From: Bacillales bacterium UBA6120
GTDB taxonomy: Bacteria; Bacillota_I; Bacilli_A; RFN20; CAG-826
DNA length: 64,000 nucleotides
NCBI GenBank assembly: GCA_002422535.1
Contig: DIVY01000017.1
Span: forward strand, 15,176-79,175
Direction: 5' to 3'
The notes below the pieces were generated by a model, which saw only the letters and a program-made list of their open reading frames with translations, did not search any database and was not told the origin of the DNA. Made by a program: the position numbers and the translations under genes. Of the stretch, positions 28,699-39,782 are shown piece by piece. The stretch's first letter is position 1; the number at the start of each line of letters is the position of its first letter.

Positions 28699-29520
28699 GT
28701 GGCAAAACTTATTATTAAAGATCTTTGGGTCCAAGTTGAGGGCCAAGACATATTAAAAGGCGTTGATTTAACCTTATCCGATCATGAAACATTGGCCTTG
28801 CTAGGTCCTAATGGTCATGGTAAGTCGACACTCTTAGGCACGATTATGGGCCATCCCAAATACATCGTGACAGAAGGTTCCATGACCCTTGATGGTACGA
28901 ATTTGTTAACGATGGCGCCTGATGAACGGGCGCGCGCTGGATTATTCCTAGGGATGCAAAACCCAAGTGAAGTGCCTGGCGTGGTCAATTCTGACTTTTT
29001 AAAAGCGGCCATGAACACGCGCCGGGTGCAACCTTTGGCGATGTTTGAGTTTTATCGCGCCCTCGATAAAGCGACAAAAGTTATGAAAATTCCCCTGGAA
29101 CTCGCCCATCGGCCGTTGAATGAAGGTTTTTCCGGGGGCGAGAAGAAACGCAATGAAATATTGCAACTTTTGTTATTAGAACCTTCAATTGCCTTACTCG
29201 ACGAGATTGATTCGGGTCTTGACATCGATGCCTTGTCGATGGTGGGACATGCCATCGCCACCTTACAACAAAAAGGGGTGGGCTTTTTAGTCATTTCCCA
29301 CTATGCGCGTCTTTATGATTTAGTGACGCCGAACCGGGTCGCCGTCATGATCGATGGAAAAATCGTGGTTACTGGTGGCCAAGAAATCATTCAAAAAATC
29401 GATCGCACGGGTTATGACTGGATTCGCGCTGAATACGGCATCTCGATTGAAAAAGTGACGCCGACGATGAATACGACATCTTTAGGCGTGTGCGCTACCA
29501 AGGAAAAAACGCGTTTATGA
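28699..29520 (+). CDS. sufC: Fe-S cluster assembly ATPase SufC
   Basis: Walker A GPNGHGKST, signature FSGGEKKR, GTG start with AGGAG. Confidence 0.9.
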   Translation: MAKLIIKDLWVQVEGQDILKGVDLTLSDHETLALLGPNGHGKSTLLGTIMGHPKYIVTEGSMTLDGTNLLTMAPDERARAGLFLGMQNPSEVPGVVNSDFLKAAMNTRRVQPLAMFEFYRALDKATKVMKIPLELAHRPLNEGFSGGEKKRNEILQLLLLEPSIALLDEIDSGLDIDALSMVGHAIATLQQKGVGFLVISHYARLYDLVTPNRVAVMIDGKIVVTGGQEIIQKIDRTGYDWIRAEYGISIEKVTPTMNTTSLGVCATKEKTRL

Positions 29521-30323
29521 GACGTTTTGAACTCAATAAACACTTAAGAAATGGTCATGCCGACATCGATGATAACCATCCCTATTGCCGGATTGATTTA
29601 TCCACTCCAGCGATTGATAAATCATTGACCATTCGGGGAATTAGCAATTTATTCGTCGAATGCGGGCCGAACCCTTTTTCCTTATATTTATTATTAAATA
29701 AGGGAGCATGTGTCAAACTTCAAATAATTGCCCCCAACAAACCGACTGATTGGATGTTAAATGTTGCCCTTGATGAGGGGGCCACTCTGCAAGCAACGAT
29801 GGTCGACTTTGCCTCATTTGGTGGCGTCGTAACTATTAATGGGGAACTATTCGGCCAAGGATCACGTCTTGATTGGCATTTGGCGAGTCTTACGCGAAAC
29901 GATGACGTAAAAAAATACATCGTTAATTTCTCTCATAAAGCGAAAGATACAACAGCCCATATGCGCAATTTTGGCGTCATCGAAGACAAAGGACATCTAA
30001 CATTTACGGGCAAGAGCCATATTCTTCAAGGAGCAATTCGTAGTAGTACGCATCAAACGGCGCGTATTATGGTGTTTGATGCTAACAGCGTGGGCAAAGC
30101 CAATCCCTTTTTAGCAATAGATGATAATGATGTGAGTGCGAGTCATGCGGCGACTGTGGGAAAGATTAACGAAGAACATATGTTTTACCTAAAAACACGG
30201 GGCTTAAATGACGATGAAGCGCGCCGGCTCATTACCTATGGCTATCTAGCGCCTTCCATCAAAGAATTCAGCGATAGAAAAATTAGGGATAGGCTGACAA
30301 CGCAATTACAAGTGAGGCTATAA
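29517..30323 (+). CDS. sufD: Fe-S cluster assembly protein SufD (short form)
   Basis: SufB/SufD C-terminal core (SHAATVGKINEEHMFYLKTRGL). The ATG overlaps the sufC stop (ATGA). Confidence 0.75.
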   Translation: MRRFELNKHLRNGHADIDDNHPYCRIDLSTPAIDKSLTIRGISNLFVECGPNPFSLYLLLNKGACVKLQIIAPNKPTDWMLNVALDEGATLQATMVDFASFGGVVTINGELFGQGSRLDWHLASLTRNDDVKKYIVNFSHKAKDTTAHMRNFGVIEDKGHLTFTGKSHILQGAIRSSTHQTARIMVFDANSVGKANPFLAIDDNDVSASHAATVGKINEEHMFYLKTRGLNDDEARRLITYGYLAPSIKEFSDRKIRDRLTTQLQVRL

Positions 30324-30324
30324 C

Positions 30325-31548
30325 ATGGATATCAAAGCAATTAGAGACCAATTTCCAATGTTAAACAAAACGATGCAGGGACATCCGCTTTGCTATTTTG
30401 ATAATGCGGCGACAACGTTTAAGCCAAAACGTGTGATTGAAGTCATGAATGATTACTATAGCAACTACACGGCCAATACAGGTCGTGGCGATTACGATTT
30501 AGAACATATTACTGACGAAAAGTTTGCCGAGGCGCGCCGCATAATCGCGAATTTTATCAACGCTGATGAAAAGGAAGTCGTTTTTACATCTGGCGCCTCG
30601 ATGTCGATCAACTTATTAGCGTTTGGCTACGGCAAAAAGTTTTTAACCAAAGATGATGAAATCCTCATTACCCAAGCCGAACATGCGAGTAACGTCCTAC
30701 CATGGTTTAAAGTGCGCGATGAAGTGGGCTGCCAAGTTAATTTCATTCCACTTGACCACCAGGGACGTTTAACTCCCGAAAACTTGCGAAAAACAATTAG
30801 CAAAAAGACAAAAATAGTGGCCGTCGCTCATGTGACTAATGTCATGGCCTATCACCTCGACATAAAAGAGATTGCGAAAATCGTTCATGAATATGATGCC
30901 GTGTTAGTGGTCGATGGCGCGCAAAGCGTCCCGCATTTGCCCACTGATGTGCAAGATTTGGATATCGATTTTTTATCGTTCTCGGGCCATAAAATGTGCG
31001 GTCCCACTGGGATTGGCATTTTGTATGGAAAATACGCTTTGCTAGAAAAAACCGATCCGTTTATGACTGGTGGTGGTATGTCGACAGGCTTTGATATGTG
31101 TGGCGACGCTAGTTTTATGAAACCGCCGTTTAAGTTTGAGGCCGGTACTCAAAATATCGCTGGGGCGATTGGTTTAGGCGAAGCCGTCCGCTTTATTCAA
31201 GAAATCGGCATTAAAAATATCGCTAAATACGAAGCGGAACTCCGCCAGTATGCGATTAATAAAATGAAGGAACTGCCAAATATTGAAATATATAATCCCG
31301 ACGCCGAGGGTGGCATTATTACTTTCAATGTCAAAGATGTATTTGCTCAAGACGCGGCCACCCATTTAAATTCCAAGGGCATTTGCGTGCGTTCGGGACA
31401 GCATTGCGCCAAGATTCTGATTGATTATTTAGGGGTTGTGGCTACCTTAAGATTCAGTTTATATTTCTATAACACGACTGACGAAATCGATGCCTTTATC
31501 GAAGCGTTAAAGACGGGAGGGGACTTCCTCGATGCCTATTTCACTTGA
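30325..31548 (+). CDS. sufS: cysteine desulfurase SufS
   Basis: PLP-lysine region SFSGHKMCGPTGIGILYG and a class-V aminotransferase fold. Confidence 0.9.
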   Translation: MDIKAIRDQFPMLNKTMQGHPLCYFDNAATTFKPKRVIEVMNDYYSNYTANTGRGDYDLEHITDEKFAEARRIIANFINADEKEVVFTSGASMSINLLAFGYGKKFLTKDDEILITQAEHASNVLPWFKVRDEVGCQVNFIPLDHQGRLTPENLRKTISKKTKIVAVAHVTNVMAYHLDIKEIAKIVHEYDAVLVVDGAQSVPHLPTDVQDLDIDFLSFSGHKMCGPTGIGILYGKYALLEKTDPFMTGGGMSTGFDMCGDASFMKPPFKFEAGTQNIAGAIGLGEAVRFIQEIGIKNIAKYEAELRQYAINKMKELPNIEIYNPDAEGGIITFNVKDVFAQDAATHLNSKGICVRSGQHCAKILIDYLGVVATLRFSLYFYNTTDEIDAFIEALKTGGDFLDAYFT

Positions 31549-31972
31549 TGCCAACATGATGCGCCAAATCATCATGGATCATTATGAGCACCCCCGTAAT
31601 AAACGGACGCCCAGCGATCCCCGTTACGAAGCCATCCATATGGATTCGGTTTCCTGCGTCGATAATATTTTTGTCTACCTTTTGCTTGAAAATGACGATG
31701 TAACTGACTGCGCTTTTGATGGAGTCGCCTGTGCGATTTCTACCGCCTCCACGTCGATCATGACCGAATTATTACTCGGCAAAACTCGCGCTCAAGCTTT
31801 GCACATTATCGAACAATATTTAGCGATGATCCACGAACGACCATACGACCCCGATTTGCTTGATGAAGCCATTGTATTTATGAATACGCACAAGCAAGCC
31901 GCCCGCATTAAATGCGCCACGATTGGGTGGAACGGGGCAAAGGAAATTTTAGAAAGACATCACCATGAATAA
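31532..31972 (+). CDS. sufU: Fe-S scaffold / sulfur acceptor SufU
   Basis: NifU/IscU-like with conserved Cys/Asp ligands (SCVD, CAIS). Confidence 0.8.
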   Translation: MPISLDANMMRQIIMDHYEHPRNKRTPSDPRYEAIHMDSVSCVDNIFVYLLLENDDVTDCAFDGVACAISTASTSIMTELLLGKTRAQALHIIEQYLAMIHERPYDPDLLDEAIVFMNTHKQAARIKCATIGWNGAKEILERHHHE

Positions 31973-33359
31973 AGATAAGCTACTCAACGAATACAAATAC
32001 GGATTCAAGGATGCCGACACTTCTGTTTTAAAGACGCCGCTTGGGTTAAATGAAGAAGTGATTCGCATGATTTCGGCGCATAAAGACGAACCTGACTGGA
32101 TGTTACAATTCCGGCTAAAAGCGCTCGCTTCCTTTAATAGTAAGCCGATGCCTTCATTTGGCCCCGATTTATCATTTTTAGATTTTGCTAGCTATACGTA
32201 TTTCACCAGGCCCTCAGAGGGCGAAAAAACATCCTGGGAGGATGTCCCTTTGACAATTAAAAATACGTTTAACAAATTAGGAATTCCGGAGGCCGAGCAG
32301 AAATATTTAGCGGGCGTTACCGCTCAATACGAATCGGAAGCCGTTTACCATAATATGCTTCAAGAAGTGGAAGATACAGGCGTTATTTTTCTATCCACGG
32401 ATATGGCGGTAAAACTCCATCCTGAACTTGTGAAAAAATACATCAATACCGTTGTCCCCTACACCGATAATAAGTTTTCCGCGCTTAATAGCGCCGTATG
32501 GTCGGGCGGATCATTTATCTATGTTCCCAAGGGCGTACAGCTCGAAAAACCGCTACAATCGTATTTTAGAATCAACTCGGAGAAATCCGGCCAATTTGAA
32601 CGGACGCTGATCATCGTTGATGAAGGGGCCAGCGTCAATTATATCGAGGGGTGCACAGCCCCGATTTACGATAAGGATTCGCTCCACGCGGCCGTGGTGG
32701 AAATCATCGTCCATAAAGGCGCTACTTGTCGCTATACCACAATCCAAAATTGGTCGACTAACATCGTCAATTTAGTGACTAAACGGGCGTATTGCCATGA
32801 AGATGCGAAGATGGAATGGATCGATGGCAATATCGGTAGCCAAGTTAATATGAAATATCCGGCAGTCATCCTTGGTGGTCGTGGGAGTCGTGGGACTTGT
32901 ATCACGATTGCTGTCGCTAATAAGGGGCAACATCAAGACGCAGGCGCTAAAATGATTCACATCGCACCAGATACCTCCTCGACGATTATTTCAAAAACAA
33001 TTGTTAGGAATGGCGGTATTTCTAATTACCGCGGGCTTGTATCAATTGGCCCAAAAGCTACAAATGCGAAAAGTCATGTCGAATGCGACACATTGATTTT
33101 TGATAACGAATCAAAAAGCGATACTGTACCGCGTAATGAAGTTTTCAATAACGATTCATTTATCGAACACGAAGCAACGGTTAGCCGCATTAACGAAGAA
33201 CAATTATTTTATTTAATGTCGCGCGGCCTAAGCGAGAGCGAAGCCACCCAAATGATTATTATGGGTTTCATTGAGCCATTCTCACGCGAGCTTCCCATGG
33301 AATACGCGGTTGAATTGAACCAACTGCTCAAACTCAATATGGAAGGCAGTGTTGGATGA
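31965..33359 (+). CDS. sufB: Fe-S cluster assembly protein SufB
   Basis: SufB family full length; [13 protein letters not shown] near the C-terminus. Confidence 0.9.
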   Translation: MNKDKLLNEYKYGFKDADTSVLKTPLGLNEEVIRMISAHKDEPDWMLQFRLKALASFNSKPMPSFGPDLSFLDFASYTYFTRPSEGEKTSWEDVPLTIKNTFNKLGIPEAEQKYLAGVTAQYESEAVYHNMLQEVEDTGVIFLSTDMAVKLHPELVKKYINTVVPYTDNKFSALNSAVWSGGSFIYVPKGVQLEKPLQSYFRINSEKSGQFERTLIIVDEGASVNYIEGCTAPIYDKDSLHAAVVEIIVHKGATCRYTTIQNWSTNIVNLVTKRAYCHEDAKMEWIDGNIGSQVNMKYPAVILGGRGSRGTCITIAVANKGQHQDAGAKMIHIAPDTSSTIISKTIVRNGGISNYRGLVSIGPKATNAKSHVECDTLIFDNESKSDTVPRNEVFNNDSFIEHEATVSRINEEQLFYLMSRGLSESEATQMIIMGFIEPFSRELPMEYAVELNQLLKLNMEGSVG

Positions 33360-35245
33360 ACGATTTTGATGTCATCGTCGTGGGTGGTGGCCATGCTGGT
33401 CTCGAAGCCGCTTTTGCCAGTGCTCATCTAGGTGCGAAAACGCTCCTTTTAACTTTAAATATAAAGATGATGGGCAACATGCCGTGTAATCCTTCAATTG
33501 GGGGCTCGGCCAAAGGGATTGTTGTGCGTGAAATTGATGCCCTTGGCGGCATGATGGGGATAGGGGCCGATCATACTTATCTTCAAATGAAGATGCTAAA
33601 TACCGGTAAAGGTCCGGGCGTTCAATGCTTGCGATCGCAAGCCGATAAATTGGCTTATCCCGCCTATATGCAAAAAATGGCGTTGCACACGCCGAATCTA
33701 ACAGTCATGGAGGCTAGTGTGGTTGATTTGCTTCATGATGATAGTCATGTCTTTGGAGTGATATTGAGCGATGGTACCTCGATTCAATCAAAAGCCACAA
33801 TACTAACCACGGGTACATTCATGGAGGCCCAAATATTACGTGGTCACCATGCTTATAGTGGCGGTCCCGATGGTGAAAAACCTTCGCTTGGTCTATCGCC
33901 AAACTTAGCAAAGATGGGAATTGAACTATTTAGATTAAAGACGGGGACACCCCCGCGGATTAAACGCGATTCCATCGACTTTTCGAAAATGACACCGCAA
34001 ACAGGGACTGATGCTAAGCTAGCTTTTTCTTATGATACGGACACCTTTGTTCCCCTTGAAGAACAAGAACTTTGCTATCTGATTTATACACAACCGGAAA
34101 CGCATCGCCTCATTAACGAACATCTTTCTGATTCTGCGCTATTCTCGGGTTTGGTCACCGGAGTTGGTCCGCGGTATTGCCCCAGCATTGAGGATAAAAT
34201 CGTTCGATTTGCGGATAAGAGTCGCCACCAACTATTCCTTGAACCAGAATCACGCGAGACGGATTCCATGTATTTACAAGGATTTTCAACTTCGATGCCC
34301 GAAGATATCCAAGAACAAATGGTCCATTCTTTGCCAGGTCTTGAGCAGGCGGTCATTTTAAAATATGCCTATGCGATTGAATACGACGCGCTTGTCCCAA
34401 CACAATTTTTACCTTCGCTTGAACTTAAAAAGTGGCCGGGTTTATTTGGCGCCGGTCAGATTATTGGCACATCCGGCTATGAAGAAGCCGCGGGTTTAGG
34501 TCTTATGGCAGGGATAAACGCGGTTAGAAAAATAAAAAATTTAGCACCATTTATCTTACGACGCGACAAGGCTTATATCGGGGTAATGATTGACGACCTG
34601 GTCACTAAAGGGACATTAGAACCATACCGCCTTTTATCATCGCGCGCGGAATATCGCCTCTTACTGCGCCATGATAATGCTGACTTAAGACTGAGGGAAA
34701 TGGGCTATGAACTTGGCCTGATCAACGAAGAGAGATATGGAAGATTCCTTAAAAAGAACGAGGATTTGCGAACTATTTTTCAAATTATTAACAATACCAC
34801 GATTAGGAATCATAAAGCAATTAACGAGTATTTAGTTAATTTGGGAAGTCAAGCGCTCAATGGGGGCATTAATGCCGCCGAGCTATTGCGACGCCCCGAA
34901 ATCGACTTAAGATCTTTGCTTCAATTCGTTTCCATTCCTCCTGAAATCGATTTATCGGATACTTTGATTGAACAATTGGAAGTCATGATTAAATATGAAG
35001 GCTACATTCAAAAGCAAGACAAGCAAGCGCAAAAGATTATTAAGCAGGAAAGTATCATGATCCCACCCACGCTCGATTATGCCATGCTTGATGGATTGGC
35101 GATTGAAGCGCGGCAAAAATTAGCGAAGATTCAACCCTTGACAATTGGCCAAGCAAGCCGGATTTCGGGCGTCAACCCTAGCGATATCGCGATGCTCGTC
35201 TTATACTTAAAGCGGAACAGCATCAATGGATCGACTTCAATTTGA
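33356..35245 (+). CDS. mnmG: tRNA uridine 5-carboxymethylaminomethyl modification enzyme MnmG (GidA)
   Basis: N-terminal FAD motif [15 protein letters not shown]; full-length GidA. Confidence 0.95.
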   Translation: MNDFDVIVVGGGHAGLEAAFASAHLGAKTLLLTLNIKMMGNMPCNPSIGGSAKGIVVREIDALGGMMGIGADHTYLQMKMLNTGKGPGVQCLRSQADKLAYPAYMQKMALHTPNLTVMEASVVDLLHDDSHVFGVILSDGTSIQSKATILTTGTFMEAQILRGHHAYSGGPDGEKPSLGLSPNLAKMGIELFRLKTGTPPRIKRDSIDFSKMTPQTGTDAKLAFSYDTDTFVPLEEQELCYLIYTQPETHRLINEHLSDSALFSGLVTGVGPRYCPSIEDKIVRFADKSRHQLFLEPESRETDSMYLQGFSTSMPEDIQEQMVHSLPGLEQAVILKYAYAIEYDALVPTQFLPSLELKKWPGLFGAGQIIGTSGYEEAAGLGLMAGINAVRKIKNLAPFILRRDKAYIGVMIDDLVTKGTLEPYRLLSSRAEYRLLLRHDNADLRLREMGYELGLINEERYGRFLKKNEDLRTIFQIINNTTIRNHKAINEYLVNLGSQALNGGINAAELLRRPEIDLRSLLQFVSIPPEIDLSDTLIEQLEVMIKYEGYIQKQDKQAQKIIKQESIMIPPTLDYAMLDGLAIEARQKLAKIQPLTIGQASRISGVNPSDIAMLVLYLKRNSINGSTSI

Positions 35246-35930
35246 AAATTGGATTAAATCTCAATTTGAGAAAGTGAGCGATGAACAGCTTGCTAATTTT
35301 GATTTGTATTACCATTTGTTGACCGCGAAGAATAACGACATTAATTTATTAAGTCGGGCCACTGGCCTCGACATTTATGAAAAGCATTTTTCCGACTCAT
35401 TATTGTTTTCCTTGCCCGAATCTTTACGGGGAAAAACAATCATTGATTTGGGTTCTGGAGCGGGATTTCCTGGCATTCCTTTAAAAATCATGTATCCCGA
35501 TAATTATATCTACCTACTTGAACCAACAAGGAAACGGGCTGATTTTTTAAAGGTAGTCATCGCAAAGCTAAATCTCAAAAAGATTGAAGTCATCAATGAA
35601 CGGGCTGAAGACTTTGTCGCTTCATCACGTGAAATGTTTGATGGGCTTGTCGCGCGCGCGGTGGCTCCCTTGAACATCCTCTTAGAGTTAGCATCACCGC
35701 TTGTGAAAGTTGGAGGATTGGTCTTGGCATACAAAGGCGAACGCGCCGATCAAGAATTGATCGAAGCGGATATGGCCCTAAAAGTATTGAATTTAAAAGT
35801 GACTCATCAATTAACAAGTCATCTTCCCACGCTTCAACACACGCGCAATTTACTAATTTTTGAAAAAGAAGCACCAACGCCGATTCGCTACCCACGCTTA
35901 TACGCGGCGATAAAAATCCGGCCGTTATAA
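35226..35930 (+). CDS. rsmG: 16S rRNA m7G527 methyltransferase RsmG (GidB)
   Basis: SAM motif DLGSGAGFPGIPLKI. Confidence 0.9.
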   Translation: MDRLQFENWIKSQFEKVSDEQLANFDLYYHLLTAKNNDINLLSRATGLDIYEKHFSDSLLFSLPESLRGKTIIDLGSGAGFPGIPLKIMYPDNYIYLLEPTRKRADFLKVVIAKLNLKKIEVINERAEDFVASSREMFDGLVARAVAPLNILLELASPLVKVGGLVLAYKGERADQELIEADMALKVLNLKVTHQLTSHLPTLQHTRNLLIFEKEAPTPIRYPRLYAAIKIRPL

Positions 35931-35957
35931 AAACGTAAAAACGCACTTTCATTACTA

Positions 35958-35966
35958 TGCTATAAT
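35958..35966 (+). promoter_or_regulatory. extended -10 (TGCTATAAT) upstream of parA
   Basis: TGnTATAAT match lies 19 nt before the parA ATG. Confidence 0.4.
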
Positions 35967-35984
35967 CTTATTTGTTAAATACTT

Positions 35985-36752
35985 ATGGCTAAAATCATCG
36001 CAATCGCTAATCAAAAGGGCGGAGTTGGAAAAACGACTTCGGCTATTTCATTATCGTCTTCACTTGCCCATTTTAATCGGCGCGTCTTATTGCTCGATAT
36101 GGATCCCCAAGGTAATTCTTCGCGCGGCGTGGGTACTGACGTTTCTGTAATTTCCCGCAGTATCTATGACGCCTTGTTGAAAGGTGTCGATATTAATAAA
36201 GTGATTCGTAAAACGCCGATGAAAAATCTAGAGTTGATTCCCGCTAATCTTAAACTCGCAGGCACAGAAGCCGAATTGAATAGCACGAATGGCGAACCGT
36301 ATTTTTTATTGAAGAATGCCCTGATTAACCTTAAAAAAGACTACGACTACATCATCATCGATTGTCCGCCTTCATTAGGGTTATTATCTCTAAACGCCCT
36401 CGTGGCCAGTCATTCGGTTTTAATCCCTGTTCAATGCGAATATTTTGCGATGGAAGCCGTCGCCCAAATTTTAGCGACCATCAGCCGCATCCAAACTAAT
36501 TACAATAGCGAATTAATGATCGAGGGATTCCTCTTAACGATGTATGACCCGCGGACTCGCTTAGGCACCGAAATTTCCACACAAGTTCGTGGTTTATTTA
36601 AGGAAAATACCTTTATCACCCAAATCCCTCGCAATATTTCGCTTCCAGAAGCTTCGGCTCGCGGCATTCCAATCACCTTATATCGCCCGACATCATCAGG
36701 AAGCCTCGCTTATTTAAGCCTTGCCAAAGAAGTGCTTGACCATGAAACGTAA
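35985..36752 (+). CDS. parA: chromosome partitioning ATPase ParA/Soj
   Basis: Deviant Walker A KGGVGKTT. Confidence 0.9.
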   Translation: MAKIIAIANQKGGVGKTTSAISLSSSLAHFNRRVLLLDMDPQGNSSRGVGTDVSVISRSIYDALLKGVDINKVIRKTPMKNLELIPANLKLAGTEAELNSTNGEPYFLLKNALINLKKDYDYIIIDCPPSLGLLSLNALVASHSVLIPVQCEYFAMEAVAQILATISRIQTNYNSELMIEGFLLTMYDPRTRLGTEISTQVRGLFKENTFITQIPRNISLPEASARGIPITLYRPTSSGSLAYLSLAKEVLDHET

Positions 36753-37578
36753 ACCTTCATTACTACGGGACGATTTAGCAACACTCGTGAAGCGGTTTGC
36801 TTCTACGGATGTGGTGGAAACGATGGCTCGTCAGTACGCCAATAACGTGCCAAAACAGCTTCCCCTCGCCCTCATCATTGATAATGAGCGCTTAAAACAT
36901 TTAAAAATCCCGCATCTCGAGTTACAAAAAGCCGCCATTGCCATTGACACAAATCGCGATGTTGCCCCGATTATTGTTCGTCCTATCGCTGATAAATTTG
37001 AAATTGTGTTGGGCCGACGACGATATCACGCCGCCCTAGAAGCCCAACTCCCCTTCGTTTCCGCCATTATCCAACCATTTGCAGAAGATGAAATGATGCT
37101 GACGATAATTGCTAATTTGCGCCAATCGCGCGATAGCAATGCCTTATCGATTGCCACTCTTTGCAAAGCGTTACAACAAGAATTTGGTTATACGCAACAG
37201 GCGCTTTCTCTGGTGGCTCATGTGTCGCGACCGACGATTGCAAATTTGATGCGCTTGCTAAAACTTCCCACAGAAGTACAACGCCAATTGATGAAAGGTG
37301 ACATAAGTTATGGTCATGCCCGAGCTTTGATTAATTTAGAACCCGCGGCTATCAATAAAATCGTTCCTCGTTTATTAGCTGAGCAATGGTCGGTCCGTCA
37401 GTTAGAAACAATAATTCGTTTAATGGATGGTCATGAATTTGAAGAGGCGATTTCCATTGTTTGCAATAAGGAATTCTCCAATCTAACAATCGAAAAGAAA
37501 CGGGTTGTTGTGAGTTTTTCTAGCGAAGAAGCCTGCTTAAAGTTTGTTAAACGCTTACATAAACAAAAAATATTGTAA
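36742..37578 (+). CDS. parB: ParB/Spo0J-family partition protein (could alternatively be Noc-like)
   Basis: ParB box region IVLGRRRYHAA and an HTH. The ATG overlaps the parA end. Confidence 0.75.
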   Translation: MKRKPSLLRDDLATLVKRFASTDVVETMARQYANNVPKQLPLALIIDNERLKHLKIPHLELQKAAIAIDTNRDVAPIIVRPIADKFEIVLGRRRYHAALEAQLPFVSAIIQPFAEDEMMLTIIANLRQSRDSNALSIATLCKALQQEFGYTQQALSLVAHVSRPTIANLMRLLKLPTEVQRQLMKGDISYGHARALINLEPAAINKIVPRLLAEQWSVRQLETIIRLMDGHEFEEAISIVCNKEFSNLTIEKKRVVVSFSSEEACLKFVKRLHKQKIL

Positions 37579-37600
37579 ATATTAGCCACCGCTATATAAT
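37573..37600 (+). promoter_or_regulatory. sigma-A type promoter (TTGTAA, 16 bp spacer, TATAAT) driving the FMN riboswitch
   Basis: The hexamers and spacing were read directly from the sequence. Confidence 0.5.
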
Positions 37601-37607
37601 GAATATG

Positions 37608-37746
37608 ACTTCAGGGTCGGGTGCGATTCCCAATCGGCGGTATACCCCGCGAGCTTCAAGCAGGAACTAGTGCAATTCTAGTGGCGACAGTAAAGTCTGG
37701 ATAGAAGAAGTCAGCGCTTTTCGACCCGAAGTGGGTCTTTTTTTAT
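37608..37746 (+). promoter_or_regulatory. FMN riboswitch (RFN element) with terminator-type expression platform
   Basis: CAGGGTCGGGTGCGATTCCCAATCGGCGGTATA ... GGCGACAGTAAAGTCTGGATAGAAGAAGTCAG matches the B. subtilis ribD RFN (GGGCAGGGTGAAATTCCCGACCGGCGGTA ... GCCGACAGTGAAAGTCTGGATGGGAGAAGGA). The P1 strands are GACTTC and GAAGTC. A GACCC-GAAGT-GGGTC hairpin plus T7 follows at 37723-37744. Confidence 0.85.
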
Positions 37747-37761
37747 CGATAGGAGCGCTTT

Positions 37762-38382
37762 ATGAAAAAAAGTGTCATAAACTGGTCGCTGACGACGAAA
37801 GTGATGGCGCGCACCGCCATCTTTGGGGCGATTACCACCATCTTGTATGTGGTACCGCTATTTCAATTTAAACTACCCATCTTTCCGTTTTTCCTTGAAT
37901 TACATTTTGACGAGGTCCCAATATTTATCGCCGGCTTCGCTTATGGTCCCCTTACTTCGATTCTAATCACGATTGTGAAGACGTTGATTAAATTGCCTTT
38001 TTCACAGACGGCGATGGTCGGCGAATTAGCCGATTTATTCTACACGCTTTCGTTTGTGCTTCCCGCGGTTATCTATTACCGAAAACACCGCCATCTCAAG
38101 GGCGTGCTGATTGGGTTTGGATTGGGTTTTATGATGCAACTAATCGTCTCCTCACTATTTAACGCCTTTTTCATGATTGATTTCTATTTGTTCTTATATC
38201 CCTTCTTAACGCCGGAGAGTTTGCTCGCCGCCGTGCAAGCGACCAATCCACGCATTGTCGATATTCATTGGACGCTTGTCCTGTATGGCATTTTGCCATT
38301 TAACCTCGTTAAGAATATGCTCGTGATTATCATAACGTTCTTAACTTATAAACGCGTTCATCAATTGTTCTACCGCTTCTAA
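37762..38382 (+). CDS. ribU: ECF-transporter S component for riboflavin
   Basis: A roughly 200-aa, 6-TM protein directly downstream of an FMN riboswitch, with RibU-like segments (LFQFKLPIFP...IFIAGFAYGP). Confidence 0.7.
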   Translation: MKKSVINWSLTTKVMARTAIFGAITTILYVVPLFQFKLPIFPFFLELHFDEVPIFIAGFAYGPLTSILITIVKTLIKLPFSQTAMVGELADLFYTLSFVLPAVIYYRKHRHLKGVLIGFGLGFMMQLIVSSLFNAFFMIDFYLFLYPFLTPESLLAAVQATNPRIVDIHWTLVLYGILPFNLVKNMLVIIITFLTYKRVHQLFYRF

Positions 38383-38390
38383 GACAAAAT

Positions 38391-38422
38391 AAAAACTCGG
38401 ACCTGACAAGACCGAGTTTTTT
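38391..38422. terminator. bidirectional rho-independent terminator between convergent ribU and ferredoxin genes
   Basis: ACTCGG / CCGAGT stem flanked by an A-run on the 5' side and a T-run on the 3' side. Confidence 0.6.
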
Positions 38423-38430
38423 AATCACAG

Positions 38431-38625
38431 TTAACCAACGATAATCGCTGATGTCGGGCAACTGCCGACTGCTTCTTCGACCGCGTCTTCCTCACCATCG
38501 GGAATTTCATCGACGATCGCCTTCATCTTGCCATCATCGTCCCAATCAAAGGTCGCTGGACTGATCGAGTTGCATAAACCGCAACCGATGCAAGCGTCAT
38601 TATCAATTCGTACTTTTTTGCCCAT
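38431..38625 (-). CDS. fer: 4Fe-4S ferredoxin
   Basis: CIGCGLC ... CP cluster motif; 64 aa, acidic. Confidence 0.85.
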   Translation of the reverse strand: MGKKVRIDNDACIGCGLCNSISPATFDWDDDGKMKAIVDEIPDGEEDAVEEAVGSCPTSAIIVG

Positions 38626-38762
38626 ACGAGTGACCTCCTATATGCCATTAATTATATGAAAGTCATGGTCATAATGCAACAATGCATAAAAGGCGAACAT
38701 TTCTTTTTTTCTCTATCAATGAGACAATTTTTCATATAAAATACTTTAAGAGGTAGCGATCA

Positions 38763-39089
38763 TTGGCACAACTGACGCGCACGGTTAAATATCGAACTTA
38801 CCGTGCCAAGATTAAACAAATGGTAGACTCGCACCTACCTTCTGGTTTAGAAGAAGCCATTTCCGCACCTCAAGAAGCCAATAAACCTGATGTAAACGGA
38901 ATTTCACGTTCTACAACGAGTCTTAATGTCAGTGAAATTATCCGAGCGACACAAGAAATCGGTGGGCAACCCATCGTCGATATGGAGATGGTCGAAAAGA
39001 AAATTAAACGCCGCTTCATCCTTAAGGTGGTGTTATCTTGTTTGGCTGCCGTCGCTCTTTTATTAATTCTATATATTATTGTCGTTTAA
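38763..39089 (+). CDS. small membrane-anchored protein, unknown function (TTG start)
   Basis: C-terminal TM (VVLSCLAAVALLLILYIIVV). RBS AAGAGG. No family recognised. Confidence 0.4.
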   Translation: MAQLTRTVKYRTYRAKIKQMVDSHLPSGLEEAISAPQEANKPDVNGISRSTTSLNVSEIIRATQEIGGQPIVDMEMVEKKIKRRFILKVVLSCLAAVALLLILYIIVV

Positions 39090-39104
39090 GGGGGAAAGGC
39101 CATA

Positions 39105-39782
39105 ATGATAAATCGAATCAGCATTGCCATTGATGGCCCAGCAGCCGCTGGAAAATCCACCGTCGCGAAACTTGTTGCCGCGCGACTGGGATTTACCTAT
39201 ATCGATACGGGCGCGATGTATCGCGCCTTTACATATTTTGTATTGAAACGAGGCATCAATCCAAAGGATGAGCAAGCTTGTGACGCTTTAATTCCGGAAG
39301 TTCATATTCAATTAAAACCTGGGGGAGTAGTCTTGTGTAATGATGAAGATGTCACCCATGCCATCAGAGAAGTTGATGTATCAAGCAATGTATCCGATAT
39401 CGCCTCATATAAGCAAATTCGTCTCGCGTTAGTCGATCAACAACGCGCGATGGCTAAAAATTCTTCCGTCGTTATGGATGGTCGTGACATCGGCACCTAT
39501 GTGCTTCCCGATGCCGATATCAAGATTTTCCAAATCGCCTCCGTGGAAACGCGCGCCGTGCGCCGTTATGAAGAGAATTTATCGAAAAACATCGCCTGTA
39601 CGCTGGAAAGCGTCGAAGAAGACTTACGCCGCCGCGATTATATCGATTCCCACCGTGATTTTGCCCCATTAAAGCCGGCTCCCGATTCAATTTTAATCGA
39701 CACTTCATTTATGAGTGTGGAAGAAGTTGTCGAACGCATTATTGACATTATCGCTCGAAAGTTATCTGGATTAACAAAATGA
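39105..39782 (+). CDS. cmk: cytidylate kinase
   Basis: IAIDGPAAAGKST P-loop and Cmk family length. Confidence 0.9.
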   Translation: MINRISIAIDGPAAAGKSTVAKLVAARLGFTYIDTGAMYRAFTYFVLKRGINPKDEQACDALIPEVHIQLKPGGVVLCNDEDVTHAIREVDVSSNVSDIASYKQIRLALVDQQRAMAKNSSVVMDGRDIGTYVLPDADIKIFQIASVETRAVRRYEENLSKNIACTLESVEEDLRRRDYIDSHRDFAPLKPAPDSILIDTSFMSVEEVVERIIDIIARKLSGLTK

